In this document: positions 39,294-51,923 of the stretch, piece by piece
Layout of the letters: the number at the start of each line of letters is the position of its first letter
Position numbering within the stretch: position 1 is the first letter of the stretch
NCBI GenBank assembly: GCA_002269645.1
Contig: NIVC01002166.1
Span: forward strand, 42,744 to 106,743
DNA: 64,000 nucleotides
Source: Macrostomum lignano
Taxonomy: Eukaryota
Direction of reading: 5' to 3'
Notes under the pieces: generated by a model
What the model was told of the DNA's origin: nothing
Seen by the model: only the letters and a program-made list of their open reading frames with translations
Databases searched by the model: none
Made by a program: the position numbers and the translations under genes

Positions 39294-42200
39294 GGACAGA
39301 CAAACAGATACTAAGACAGACAGACAAACATAAAAATCAATCAGACCAACCTTCTTAGACTCGTACACATCAGCCTTCATAGTCAGTATGCTCTGCAATC
39401 GCAGCACGTTGCCCTCGGTGACCCGGGGCCTGCGGCCAACGTAGAGTCCCTCCTCGGCCAGATTAACTGGATGCTCCACAGAAACCGGCGTGGCTGAATG
39501 AGCAAAATGGATGCCGAACGGGTTAAAAAGCAGTCAGTTGGCGCAATAAAAAGCCCCGGCAAAAGACCTACCGCTAGCAGCAGACGGATAATAGTACAGC
39601 TTGCTCTCATCCGCTTTAGCCAGGAACACCGCCCTGTGCAGGTAGACTTTCTCGCCTTCGTACACGTAGACCTCATCGTCTGCGCCAGCCTGAGGCTGAG
39701 CAGCTGCCGGCGCCGCCGCAGTCCCGTCCGCCGCGGTCAATTCGTCGGGCTCCCAGACGGAGTTGGCAAAGAAGCTGACCTGCTCGTCCTCGGTGAGCTC
39801 TTTCTTCTCGCGCAGAGCCTCCCAGGACATCTGGCGAATTTGATTGGCCAAGAAGCATGCAGATTGGTTTGAAGCTTAAAAGTTAATTTTCAGTGTTAGC
39901 GCATAAGCTTGTTAAGTTGCAGACAGAATCAGCTGTTCCTGCTAAATTATATGCTATCTCCTTGGTAACGATGGCTTAACCTATAAGCCATTGACTACCC
40001 CTTCAGATTCTTCAGCAGGCCCTTGACTACCCCTCCGATTCTTCAGTAGGCCCTTGACTACCCCTCCGATTCTTCAGTAGGCCCTTGACTACCCCTCCGA
40101 TTCTTCAGTAGGCCCTTGACTACCCCTTTAGATTCTTCAGTAGGCCCTTGACTACCCCTTTAAATTCTTCAGTAGGCCCTTGGCAACCCCTCCGATTCTT
40201 CAGTAGGCCCTTGGCTACCCCCTCAGATTTTTCAGTAGACCCTGAGCTACCCCCTCAGATTTTTCAGTAGACCCTTGGCTACCCCTCCGATTCTTCAGTA
40301 GGCCCTTGGCTACCCCCTCAGATTTTTCAGTAGACCCTGAGCTACCCCCTCAGATTTTTCAGTAGACCCTTGGCTACCCCTCCGATTCTTCAGTAGGCCC
40401 TTGGCTACACCCTCAGATTTTTCAGTAGACCCTTGGCTACCCCTCCGATTCTTCAGTAGGCCCTTGGCAACCCCTCCGATTCTTCAGTAGGCCCTTGGCT
40501 ACCCCCTCAGATTTTTCAGTAGACCCTTGGCTACACCCTCAGATTCTTCAGTAGGCCCTTGGCAACCCCTCCGATTCTTCAGTAGGCCCTTGGCTACCCC
40601 CTCAGATTTTTCAGTAGACCCTTGGCTACACCCTCAGATTCTTCAGTAGGCCCTTGGCTACCCCTCCGATTCTTCAGTAGGCCCTTGGCTACACCCTCAG
40701 ATTTTTCAGTAGACCCTTGGCTACCCCTCCGATTCTTCAGTAGGCCCTTGGCAACCCCTCCGATTCTTCAGTAGGCCCTTGGCTACCCCCTCAGATTTTT
40801 CAGTAGACCCTTGGCTACACCCTCAGATTCTTCAGTAGGCCCTTGGCAACCCCTCCGATTCTTCAGTAGGCCCTTGGCTACCCCTCCGATTCTTCAGTAG
40901 GCCCTTGACTACCTCTTGAGTATTTACTTAGGCACTTTCTACTTAGGCACCAATACCGAGAAAATCACAGCACCAAAAATGGCAAATTTAGGTCTAACAA
41001 ACAAAAATTATTCATGAAACAGCAATTATTGGAAATCATATCTTTAACGCCTATTGGTAGGTAAGGTCGTTAGAAAATAAAATTATGTAAATAATTAATC
41101 AATACTAATTATGATTTTTACGGTAATTGTTGAATTAGTTAACTGAAAAATACCAATAAAGGACTCTTAAATGATTAGTAGAAACACACGGAACTTACCA
41201 GAATAATTAAAAGAAATGAGAGCTAATTTCAGTAAAAGCATTTTATAGTTTACCTTAGTCATCTTTGCCATCCGTTCGGTCCTGCTTCGTATAAGCTCCT
41301 GCGCAATTCGCCAATAAATAAATTTAAGTTACTGACAACAACAAGAAGCACGTGATAGATAGATAAATTAAAAATAATGATAAGATTCATGACATGCATT
41401 TAAACTACTCGTAAGTAGAAAGGAGTGCAATCTCTGTAGTTTGATTCTGTTCTTAAGCTAAATAATAATAACAATAATAATAACAATTGATTACACCTGT
41501 CCCAATTGGGTCGGATGTGCAACCGACAGCTCAGCCGCAGCTATTGCGCGGCGCATCTGAAGGCTGCTCACGGCTGTTCAGTCCAAGGACTGGGGGGTCG
41601 CCACACACATCCTCAATTACCCCAGCTAATGCCGGCACCCATTTTACAGCTGGGTGAACTGAAGCAATCCAGAGTTAAGTGTCTTACTCAAGGACACAAA
41701 CTGCTCCAGTGGGATCGGGAATCGAACCCCCAACCTTCAAGTCGTGAGCCCGACGCTCTAACCACTAGGCTACAACCCCCTAGTAAAAAAGACCTTAGAA
41801 ACGAGAAAAAATAGTAGTGCAAACACGAAAGTGAAAATAAAAGCAAAAAAATCAAGAAAAACAAAACAATTATAAAATGTAATACACGAATTGATTAAGC
41901 TAATTCATGACATAACATCTACACAGACGTAAAGCATATAGTATTATTCCGTATATTTATAATATATAAGCTAACTATAAGCCAAACCTTTGCCACCAGA
42001 GTTGGCAGCCTTGACGCCCGGTAGGTCAGCAGTTCTGCATCCTCCAGGCCGGATTCAAGCTAAGATATAAACAGATATTATTTGAACAGTCTATAGATCA
42101 ATTTGGACGCGTGGGACTAAGCATCTTGGGGAGGACTCATAGCTTCTGACCTTCAATGCAACCTAAGTAATAAACAATACCTATAGCAAATATATGGATC

Positions 42201-42903
42201 TGTAACAGAACACAAATGTCATAAATTGTATTTAAACTGCAAATAAGCAGGTATACGGTATCCAGCATCAGTACATGCATGGTAAATTTTCTATGAATTT
42301 TTAACAAAGATCCCAACTCTACTGAACTATTATGCAAGGCCTCACCTGAGCTGTGGCCGCGTCAAAGCGAGTCAGCCGGTCCTCTCTGTTGAGCGCGGCG
42401 TGCGCGGCGCTGTACATCTGCGCCTCCTCGGCCTGCTCGCGCAGCCGCTCAGCCTGCTGGCGCTGCTCCTCCTCCAGCTTCTTCCGGCGAAGCGCCTTCG
42501 CTGTCAGCGGCTTGCCAGCCGGAGCTCCACCCGCCGCCGCCACCGCAGCAGTTGCCGATTTCGCCGACGCTCCAGCAGCTGCGTCGGCAGCCGGCGACGA
42601 AGTCGATGGTGCTGCAGCGCCCGCGGCCTCATCGTCGGCTGTCGCTGGCGCGGCCGCGGCATCGGCAGCCTCCCCGCCAGCCTGGCGCAGATCTTCTCGA
42701 CTAAGCCTTAGCCGCTCTTTCACCTGAGCTTGAGCAGACTGCAGTTCACCTTCGGCTGGCAGTTCAGCGTTGAGCTTCTTGCGCAATCTGCGCTTTTTAG
42801 TATCGTGCTTGGTCTTCACGGCGCCGCGCAGCTTCTCGGACTCGCGCGACGCCGCGTCGTCGGGCGCCTCCGCAGGCTGCTCGGGCTCTGGTTGGCCGGC
42901 TTC
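26731..42903 (-). CDS. CC2D2A: Coiled-coil and C2 domain-containing protein 2A (MKS6, ciliary transition zone). Exons 42903-42346, 41298-41254, 39830-39572, 39493-39351, 37846-37359, 36206-36074, 35594-35310, 35229-35093, 34996-34889, 33891-33231, 30533-30156, 29517-28820 (frame break near 29083), 28740-28651, 28068-27527, 27107-27023, 26940-26731; ~1580 aa; initiator not located
   Basis: Motifs collinear with CC2D2A: [33 protein letters not shown]2 domains (LSSNFALHF; [22 protein letters not shown]; [14 protein letters not shown]), [50 protein letters not shown]; GT-AG phases consistent except at 29083-28997. Confidence 0.93.
27185..27450. repeat. Tandem array, ~34-bp unit (CTAGCAAATGTACATTGGGGTGGGGTGGCTGTGA), CC2D2A intron
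   Basis: About 7-8 diverged copies. Confidence 0.85.
28120..28555. repeat. Tandem array, 36-bp unit (CACTATCGATCTAAACACCCACCCTACTCCTATGTA), CC2D2A intron
   Basis: 12-aa periodic ORFs. Confidence 0.9.
29630..30127. repeat. Tandem array, 30-bp unit (GGAAACTTCCATTGGGAATAGTTCCTGATT), CC2D2A intron
   Basis: 10-aa periodic ORFs; internally palindromic unit. Confidence 0.93.
30626..32248. repeat. Tandem array, 33/34-bp unit (GCTTACAGTGAGCATCAGCTTCTCACTTCCCAT), CC2D2A intron
   Basis: Nearly 50 highly homogeneous copies. Confidence 0.95.
32985..33115. repeat. Short tandem array, 31-bp unit (GGGGCGGAATACCAGACTGATGATTGAGGGA)
   Basis: About 4 copies. Confidence 0.8.
33968..34840. repeat. Tandem array, 21-bp unit (CACACCTGTCTCTGACAGAAG), CC2D2A intron
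   Basis: 7-aa periodic ORFs. Confidence 0.95.
36255..37312. repeat. Tandem array, 23-bp unit (GGGGCGATTCTATGAGCAGGATT), CC2D2A intron
   Basis: Direct periodicity with higher-order variant blocks. Confidence 0.93.
37888..39330. repeat. ~1.45-kb interrupted (CAGA)n microsatellite, CC2D2A intron
   Basis: Direct; source of the 509/536/364-aa CLSV ORFs. Confidence 0.97.
39995..40915. repeat. Tandem array, 31/32-bp unit (GATTCTTCAGTAGGCCCTTGGCTACCCCTCC), CC2D2A intron
   Basis: About 29 copies, two variants. Confidence 0.93.
41461..41780 (-). mobile_element. tRNA-derived SINE, full length, with CORE-like central domain and (TTA)n tail
   Basis: Minus strand: A box GTAGCCTAGTGGTTAGAGCG, B box GGTTCGATTCCC, GTGTCCTTGAGTAAGACACTTAAC..CTGTAAAATGGG core, ATT-repeat tail; second copy at 43181. 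Confidence 0.85.
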
Positions 42904-43180
42904 CTGCAAAACAATTAGCATCAATCGTTCGCTCGATTTCAAACATAGACAATCGATGTTTCCCCAGGTCCTGGAGTTCTAAGCACAGATATGCATTTGC
43001 TTGCATTTGCAACGTGCTCTTTTTTGATCCAATACAGTTGATTCGCACCACAGGAAGCGACACTCAATGTTTATAAAGAAAAGTTTGGTCTTCGAGCCAA
43101 TTGAGAGTTAGCAATTAATGATCCAAATAAAACATCATAGAAGCATTTTTAGGACAAATCTTGTAGGCATGAACATTAGT

Positions 43181-43428
43181 AATAATAATAACTGATTACA
43201 CCTTCCCGAATTGGGCTGAATGTGCAACCAAAAGCTCACCCGCAGATATTGCGCAGCGCATTTTAAGGGTTCATATGGCTGTTCAGTCCATTCACTGGGG
43301 GGTCGCCACATGCACCCTTAATACCCCAGCTAATGCTGGCACCCATTTTACAGCTGGGTGAACTAAAGCAATGCAGAGTTAAGTGCCTTGCTCAAGGACA
43401 CAAATTGTTACAGTGGGATCAGGAATCA
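43181..43428 (-). mobile_element. 5'-truncated second copy of the same SINE
   Basis: Collinear with 41461-41720 including the tail; tRNA head missing. Confidence 0.85.
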
Positions 43429-45661
43429 GTTGTCCATCAGCACACCCCCTGGTCCATCAGCATGCATTCCCATTGGTCTGTTTATCAATGCACATCCCCC
43501 TAATAGAAAATTCTGGGTATGCCAATAAATGTTACAATTATAGCATTTTCTAAATAAATGTTTATTTTTACTTAAAAATTTAAACATCATTTTGTAATTT
43601 GTTGTTACATTTTCATTAAGACAGTTATCCAGCATGCTACCTTTTAATGTACTGTGACTTCACCCTTTAAGTATGTGATACCTCTCTGGTACACTCTGGG
43701 TTTTTTTATTCAAATGGGTGCGAATAGCATCTTGGTTTTAAAAATCACACCCTGAAATTTGACTCAGGGTGCAAAAAGTACACTAGAGTTTTTTTCAAAG
43801 ATGTGATGCAGATTTCACAATTTAGTGTTATGGACATTGAGTAGTATTATGTTAGACAAGTTTTTGTCTGCAGCAGTGCAGCGCATCCTGGTCTTGAAAA
43901 TTGCACCTTGAAATCTAGCACAGGGTGCAAAATTGCATCCAAGTTATGGATGAAAAAACCTAAGGTTAAGGTACACTGCCTTTCTAGCATGCCACCCCTA
44001 GCCCCATTAGTGGGCTACCCTTTAGCCCTTAGTGTGTCATGTGCACCAATACTTCAAAGTGTGCACTCGTAACAGACAACCATCTAACAAAATCTTATTT
44101 TTTAATAGGATCTAGGCTTATTTTAAAAGAATATTGATTATGCTCTTATTTTGTATTATACTTTTTATAGGCCTAATTAAATTAGGTCTGATTATTATTA
44201 TTATATTATAATAAAGGTTTTTATTATATCAAGCCTATCACTCCTGAATCTTATAAATATGCTAGGAAATTCTAACAAAGGCCTACAATGGATAGGCCCT
44301 ATAAAAAATGGTTGACATAAAATATCTAATATATAAAATAATCTGCCAGAAAATTGCCTTATAGAACTAGTGTATAATATAGCTATTGGCATACAAAAGA
44401 ATAAAATGTCCTTATGCAAGAAAGGGTCCTTTATTGTTGCAATGCCTTTTTGATAATATGCAATATGATTTATATGATAAATCATTTATATATATGATAT
44501 ATGATTTTATACAAGTAAATTTGTTTTTCCAATAGGCCTATAAATTTGAATTTATGATATAGTGGGTCACTTTTTCTAGCATATAGTGTAAGTATAAATT
44601 TGAGAGTGTGATAACAATAATAAATATTTAATAAATAAATTTATCAAATCACTGACATGTAAGATATTGGATTGATAGGGCCTATTTATATAAATTAATT
44701 CTTTCTTTTTTACCTATCTATTAGACCTCCCTTGTTCACCTATGACTATGTTGCTATGTTATCTACCTTCTATATATAGTATGCAGGTCAAATAATTGCA
44801 TACATAGCTATGGAATATATACTTAATCAAGACTAGGCTAGGCTTAGGACTTTATCAAATATCAACTGTCAACTGACATTATAATGTTAGACTAGATTTT
44901 AGGGCATAATAATAACCACACACACAAAAAAACTTAAATTTAGGCAGTAACTCTGATGGACATGGACTATGGTATGATTTTGCATTAAAAAGTGTCTCTT
45001 GCTGTTAATTAACTAATAAATGATTTAAAAGTAGCAGACCCTAACTAACAAATTTAGATTTATGTAATATGATTTAACACAACAATGCACTATGTCTATG
45101 TTTCACAACAACAGATACAATGCCCCAGCGCTCAAGCTTTTTTAAAATAGTAACTTTAACAGCCTATGCCTAGGGTAGGCAGGCCTTAGGCACTGCACAC
45201 ACCACATGTTTAAACTAGTTTCTGCGTAAGCCTATAAATAACAAATTAGATTTACATTAATTAGGCCTGCATTATTTAATACATATATAAATAATGTATA
45301 TAGGGGTCGATATATGTGGGCATAAGGACCTGGCTATATTTTAAGAGTATTTATCTAGGCCTATAATTAATAAAGGGATTTATGTAGAAGCAAATATCTA
45401 TAGCCTATAGGACGGAAGGGAAAGGGAAAGGGAAACAAGGTGCGCTTTACGTTGGATTTTTTGGAATCCTTGGAAGTCAGTTCAACAAAAATGTGCGGAA
45501 TTTTCCTACCTTCTAAAAATAAGAACAAAAAAGAGAGTTTTCAGTACACCCTAATTAATATCAATATCTTCCTTAACTACTTTAGCTAGGCCAAAAACCA
45601 TTTTAGAAAGAATACAGAATCGTTTTGTTTTAAGTGACAAAAGTAAAATTTAACTTTGCAC

Positions 45662-48600
45662 TTAACCATTGTCAGCCGGGTCGTTCTCAAATTCTGGGAG
45701 GAGCGAAAATTTTAACAATTTTCCGAACATTTACTATTGTTACTGCCGTATTGAAAATAATAGGACACTTTCATCCGTGAATAAAGATAATTTTTGGGTT
45801 GAAATTTATGTTGCAAAAGTGTTTTAAGTTGTCTTGCGGTATTAGGCGATATTAGGTGATGAAAAAATTCAAATTCAATCACTTCACCGATGTCGTAATT
45901 TTTGACACTATGATGTCTATAGCTAAAAAAAGTTGTTGTTGTGTTGAAAACTTGCTGTATTACATTTAAAATGAAAGCTTATATAAATTTAATTTAAGAT
46001 TTTTTTTAAAGCTTAATAAACTGCACTATAAATGATTTTATAGACGCTTAACTGTATGCCTAGCATTTCCGGTGGGATAGCCTCTTTGCGTCTCACAAAA
46101 TGTATTTTTCAGCTGACGTCTAGAATGTGCGCTTAAAATGATATATTTTGATGCAGATAATTAGAAAAACATGTCTTATTATCTTTTTGTAAAAAATTGT
46201 TATGAAATAGAGCACTATTGTTGATAAAAATAATTAAAAGCAACCATGCATCGCAATAAACTCCTACTTTGAAGCACAAAATAAATATCCTGTAACCACA
46301 CTAGCATTCTCCATGGAGCACCTTTTGAGCTGAAATTTTACACAGATATCCAGTAAAGTAAACTGAGCAAATGATTTTTTTTGTTTTTGAAAATACTTCA
46401 ATTTGGCTATGTATCAGTTAGTTCATTGGACATATTTATTATATTTTTATTAGAATCCTTGTAACCAAGCTACAGAGAAACATGTGCAAAACTGGACCTT
46501 GAAATTTGACCTGAATGATCAGCAAATGTGTATCTCGAAATGATTTTTTTTGTTTTCATCAAGTCATTCTATGCTAATTTTTTCTGAAGGGAAAGATACC
46601 ATATATTTAGAGTCAATAGGGGAAGCATTTAGACTTATTCAATAGTCATTAAAATTGCAACTATATTATTATAATATAGTAATAATATTATACATGTATT
46701 ATATAGTAATATTAACTTCTAAGATGCCCTTATAAATTTAAGTAAAGACAACAGGCCTTAATTAATTAATCAGCATTTTGAAGAAACTGACCTTATACAG
46801 ATGGGCCCCAAGCTAAGAAATGAATGTAGAGCTTATTTCGTGTAAGGTATAAAAATCAATTTATTATAATATTAAATACTCCTAATAAATTGGTTAAATT
46901 AGTTATTTACCTTGAATTAATTTAATTTAATAATAAATATATAAATTTGTTTCACTTCTTACTGCATTTAAATAGAGTACCTCTCTACTATACTATAATA
47001 GTATAGTAAAAGTATATATTAAAAAAGTATAGTAAAAAATTTTCTTTGGTTTAATCCCACCTTGCCTCAGTTTTTTAGTCTTAATACGAGCTAGATAGTA
47101 AGTGTTGATTAATTTGCTCCATCACCTTTTGCCACGGAAACAGCACATGTCGGACATGCAACACTCTTCCTGATCCCTGGATTCAAGATGACTGCTTCTG
47201 CTTCTTCAATGCTTGAAAACTGAGCTCATGGAGCTTTAGGTTATGCTGTCAGAGTGCTGCTGCCGGTGCTGTGTGTGTATGTGTGTGTCTTCTGCGGGTA
47301 GGTTCCCTGTCCCTCAGTTTAGCCACTGTTGTGGGCTAACTGGAGGAATTGCCGTTGTCGGTGCTGCAGATGGCACTGCATGGTAGTATTGACGCTGTCA
47401 GTGACGCTGGCAAAGGCTTGGACAAAGCTAGGTGCCGTCATTGTCAGGAGGACATGCGTGTGCTGCTTAGACCAGTGCGCACATTCGACTGGACTCGTAT
47501 CTGGTGCAGTCTGGTGTATTCACTGAGATTGTGTGGATCTGCCTCCTCGCATCACCTCAACCAGGCTCAATTTCTTTTGTAGAATTTTCGTGCGCTGCTT
47601 AACTGCATCTTGTGCCTGCTGAGTGATGCCAAGAATTGTGCCACACAATAATTTGGCCCATAAACTACTCGTATATTATACATATGTATGCACAGCACAC
47701 ACACGCAGTTCATTCATATTAAATGTACTAGTTAATGGAATTCTCATCTCATGAGCTCTAGTCTATGGACAAACCTGAAATTACTAGAATATCTAGATAG
47801 ATCTAAACTTATTTGAGCAGCGCGCTGCGCTGCGAGCAAATACATGTAGATTCCTTAGTGCAACTAATTAATAGTGTCGTACAGTCTACAGCCTGAAGTA
47901 GCCTGTGTAAGATGCGGAGGGATGATTTTTGCATAGGAAGCCACTACGGTAAGGTTGATGGAACTATGGGGAGGTGAGAGATTCAAAGCGAGGGACGGAA
48001 GCCATGCATAGTTCGATCATAAGTTTGATTATTGCATGAGTCTGGGGATGCATTAACGAGAGGCGGACGAGAGCATAGAAATAAAGCGGGCTAAATATAT
48101 GAATACACAAAATTACATGTACTAGCTAGTAATTTCAGAATGGTCAGCGACTCCTCCGATTTGTATCCGCGACCGCGTGCCCACAAATCCCCCGGCAGAC
48201 TCTGTCGCAGTTGGTGGTTGTGCACAGAATACAATGTTAATTTTCGAGCTTCTCTGCAAAAAATGCGTGATGCACTCAAGATGCGTGCTATAGTCTACTT
48301 CTTTGATTGATGGCTGGGTTTTGCCTTTTCGCTTGTGATCATCAAAAGCTTGGGCGTCATTGCTACTGGTGTTTCAGTGTGCGCATTATGTCTGGTTATC
48401 ATATTATGTGCATGTGCAGTGTCTTTTACCTACATTTTTGTTTGTCTCTGTTTCCTGCATGCTCTTTCGCATTTTTACACCTCGCACATCCTCATTTTTC
48501 TCAATTAACAAGTGAAATCTTTTCTTAAAGACTAATTGCTATTTTAGTTAAGCTAGTAGGTTTTTGGTAATTAAATAATTCAATTTTGTCTATTTTCCAA

Positions 48601-49483
48601 AAAGTTTCAAAAAATGAATTAATTAAAATAAATTTGAATTATTTTAAGTTAATTGGAGTAAAATGTCTAATAAGTAACTATAATTTTTTATTTTAAGTAC
48701 ATGTAGCTTTGGTATAAGTATTAATGTAATGAGTACTTAAAGTAAAATCAAGCAAGTTATAGTTTTCAGAAATTATGCTACAAATAATCAAATATATACT
48801 AGTATCCGAATTCCTTTATTAAGGAACATGCAGTCGATATTAAATCCACAATGTGCTCTTTGGTGTTCAAGGATAGTTCCCTGACTTTTTCTATTATTAG
48901 TTAGATTTTATTATATTTAATGTAAAAATGAACAATTCTATTCAAGGTAAAAATGAACATTCTTTATTTGTCGAATCATCTTGCCTTTGAAAAGATACAT
49001 AGTGAAAACTTGATTTTTAATTCAAACTTTCAAGACTTATTTAGACTTCTTAATTCAGTGATTAGTTAAACTGATCGAAGTTCTTTCGAGTGCATGCTAT
49101 AATAATTTCGCACTTTTTCGCACACGATAATTTTAAATGTCTGGGATTTAGAGCAGAGTAACAAAATGCTGTGCTCAAAAACATTTCCTTTGTCAATTTC
49201 TTGTTCTTTTATTTTTGCAAAAGAAATTTAACTGCATATTTAAAATAAAAATGGAAGAAAATTTTATTTTCTCTTTTAATATTTTTGTCGTTTATTTTCC
49301 GCAACAAAGAATAACAAATAGCCTTGATTTCTTCTCAATTTCAAGTTTTCTTGTGGTTTTAGTAGCAGCTTCTTACAGAAATTGTTGAAAGAATTTTTTT
49401 TGTACGATTATTAGTCGATGTATAAACTTTTTTTGCAATAACAAAAAGTTGTGACCTAGCTTTGAGAACGACCCAGCCATGGG
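45662..49483. mobile_element. Candidate ~3.8-kb non-autonomous DNA transposon with short imperfect TIRs
   Basis: GCCGGGTCGTTCTCAAA (45675-45691) and TTTGAGAACGACCCAGC (49461-49477); left end TTAA-CCATT is piggyBac-like, right TTAA absent; no intact transposase. Confidence 0.45.
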
Positions 49484-51842
49484 CCTGTATGGCCAAATTC
49501 AGCAGGCTTTGTCTGAGCCAAACACGTACCAGTACCACATAACTAGGACTACAACCAGATGTGTCTAGCGATTCCCCCTCGGATATGGACTATAGAGTCC
49601 GGAAAGTGAACGGTCAGTGTCACAGCCCTCTACTAACTGAACGACAACGAGTTGGCCAAGCCTGAGGAAAGGAGCATCTAATTCGCAGAAAAGCAAAAAT
49701 TCGTGAGACGCTGGTGCTTCGTCAATGAGTTTCTGCAGTTTTCGCCTCTCGTAGCCATTATGCAGGACTGGAACGCTATAGTTGTTAAAAAACTAGGCCG
49801 CAGATCTCATTTGACTTTACATGTAGTTTCGGTCTCGAAGCAAAAATCTCTTCTTTCACTGCTTTTCTTATTTTATCACTCATAAATTGCGTTTTATCTT
49901 AGAAAGGCGCCGCCGGGGTTCAGTTGCGGGACGAGGCATGTACTAAACTGTGTGGCTGCATGGTTAGTAGCAATTGCATCGAGCGACGGCTTCTGCTACC
50001 TCACACCGTCTCCGACAGTCGGTTGTATGCACACCTCCGAGTCCCCTGATTTTGTTCTTAGCTCCAGTTTGGATACGGAGAGCAGATCGTTGTGTCAATC
50101 TTTTTTATCAGTAGCGTGATCAGTGCAGGCCTAGGTTGCAGAGCGTATCTGTAAGATGAAAAAGTGAATCATGGATGCAGGAAAGCTTTTTAAAAATGAT
50201 GCGGGCAGAATAAGTCTGTATATCTCTGATACCTTGCAGGAACGCAAAATGGCTTCACCCAACGTTTCTCAAAAAATCTAACCAAAGCTTCACCACCTTT
50301 GATATGGACAATGACAACAGCATAGACTCTAGAGCCCGGTGTTATGAAAATTCAATGAAAGCAGAGTTCGAAACCCTGATTACGCGGATTTGATTGAATG
50401 GGTGACTCACAACTCAATACCCTATCGACAATAAGCAATGCGAGGATAACAAACAATGCTATATTTTTTCCGCGGGAAGATTGCAATAAACTCATCTAGT
50501 CTGATGACAGTTATTTAAAGTACAGAACGATTTTCAGTCATTTTAATTTTTGTTGACTTGATTAGCTAGCGTTAGCTTGAATGAGTCTCAGCGAGAAATT
50601 GAACCCAGCGAGGACGTTACGTGTCGGCACAGGCTGAGGTCGCCGTTTTGCCTTGATCGTTCCGCGCTTTCCGAAAGCCAACTGTTTCTGAATTAGCTGG
50701 AGGCCCACGACAAGTGGTGATTGCTTTCCCTCTGATAAAAAAATCATGAGAAAGAAGGTCCATGAACTAGCTCATGCCATTAACGAACAGGGTTGATCGA
50801 GGTTACGGCACTCATGATAGTTCATCGGGCCTTGTGTTGACTCACTCAAATATGTCAAGCTACATGCAAATACGTTCTAATGCAATACTAGACCTGCATA
50901 AAAGATCCCACCCGTAGGAATCCAAGCATGCAAGACCCTCGTGCAGCTATGGACGATTACGGCAAGATATGGGAATTTTCATATGATGTAACCACGCTCT
51001 GGTCGCGGGATAGGGCATGGGAACTTTTTCGTAAGTGCCTCCTATCCCGTGTACCCCCCTGCACAGAGCCGTCGAGACTCGGCCAGGTTTCCGACCAGTC
51101 CTGGAGACTCCCGCTCTGCTGCACCCCCCTGCTGCCTTGGTTCCGTCTCCCCTGCCGCCACACCTGCCTTTCCGGAGCTCCCTGTCCCTCTCTGTACCCT
51201 CCCCTCTACCTTATCTCCCCTGCACTCCACCCTATTCTTCTGGTACTTCCCCTATCCCCCCCTCTTTTGTCTCTCTCTGCACTCTTTTCTTGCGCTGTCC
51301 CCTCTTTCTCTACGTCTACTTACAGTATGTTGTGTGCTCACCGTCCTCCCATCCTTTCCCAAACTCCCAAACGGTGACGCAAGTCGTGTGACCCCTTCTC
51401 CCCCCCGATGACTCATCGATGACTCACCCCCCTCTCTTGCGCAACCTTTTCTCATGCCATTGTTCTCCTCCCCAAATTTCTCATGCGACACCCACCCCAC
51501 CTCCGCTTCTATTGTTCTCATTTTTGATTCTTTTGTTCTCTCGACCCCCACCAATTATCACATTTTCTCCGATTTTCTCTTTCTTTTGTTCTCGTTTTCG
51601 CACCTAATTATCACCTTTTCTCCAATGTTTACTTTTCCATTGTTCTCAGTTTTCCCCAATTATCCCCGATTTCCAATTCCTTTGTTCTCGACCCCAGCCC
51701 TATTGTTCTCAATGTTTGCTTGCGCAACACTTTCGCGACCACCCGCTGCGCCAATTATCCCCCCACCCCACCTCCGGATTGCGCAATTTCCCGATTTCTC
51801 ATGTTGCTATGCCGGTCTCATGCTTCTCATCATGACTCATTC

Positions 51843-51923
51843 TGACGTCATTCTGCCGGCAGCCAATCAGAGAGAGGGAGCCATGGTAACGACCTTGAGG
51901 AGGCGGCTGTGAGGTCTATAAAA
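51843..51923 (+). promoter_or_regulatory. Pol II promoter-like cluster: CRE TGACGTCA (51843), CCAAT (51863), X-box-like GGAGCCATGGTAAC (51877-51890), TATAAAA (51917); possible non-coding first exon ending at donor 52252
   Basis: Ordered motif cluster upstream of the TTLL10-like gene; G|GTAAGT donor at 52251/52252; an LTR origin cannot be excluded. Confidence 0.5.

Noticed and set aside
37798-39479. 509/536/364-aa (CLSV)n ORFs
   Set aside because: (CAGA)n intron of CC2D2A; only 39493-39351 and 37846-37359 are real exons
39945-39970. X-box-like ATCTCCTTGGTAAC in a CC2D2A intron
   Set aside because: Only a half-site match, far from any start; likely chance
41700-41780. tRNA gene
   Set aside because: A and B boxes present, but it is the head of a SINE with core and tail and no convincing cloverleaf
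50928-51912. Overlapping 100-150-aa ORFs
   Set aside because: Low-complexity C/T-rich DNA, no recognisable domain or splice pattern
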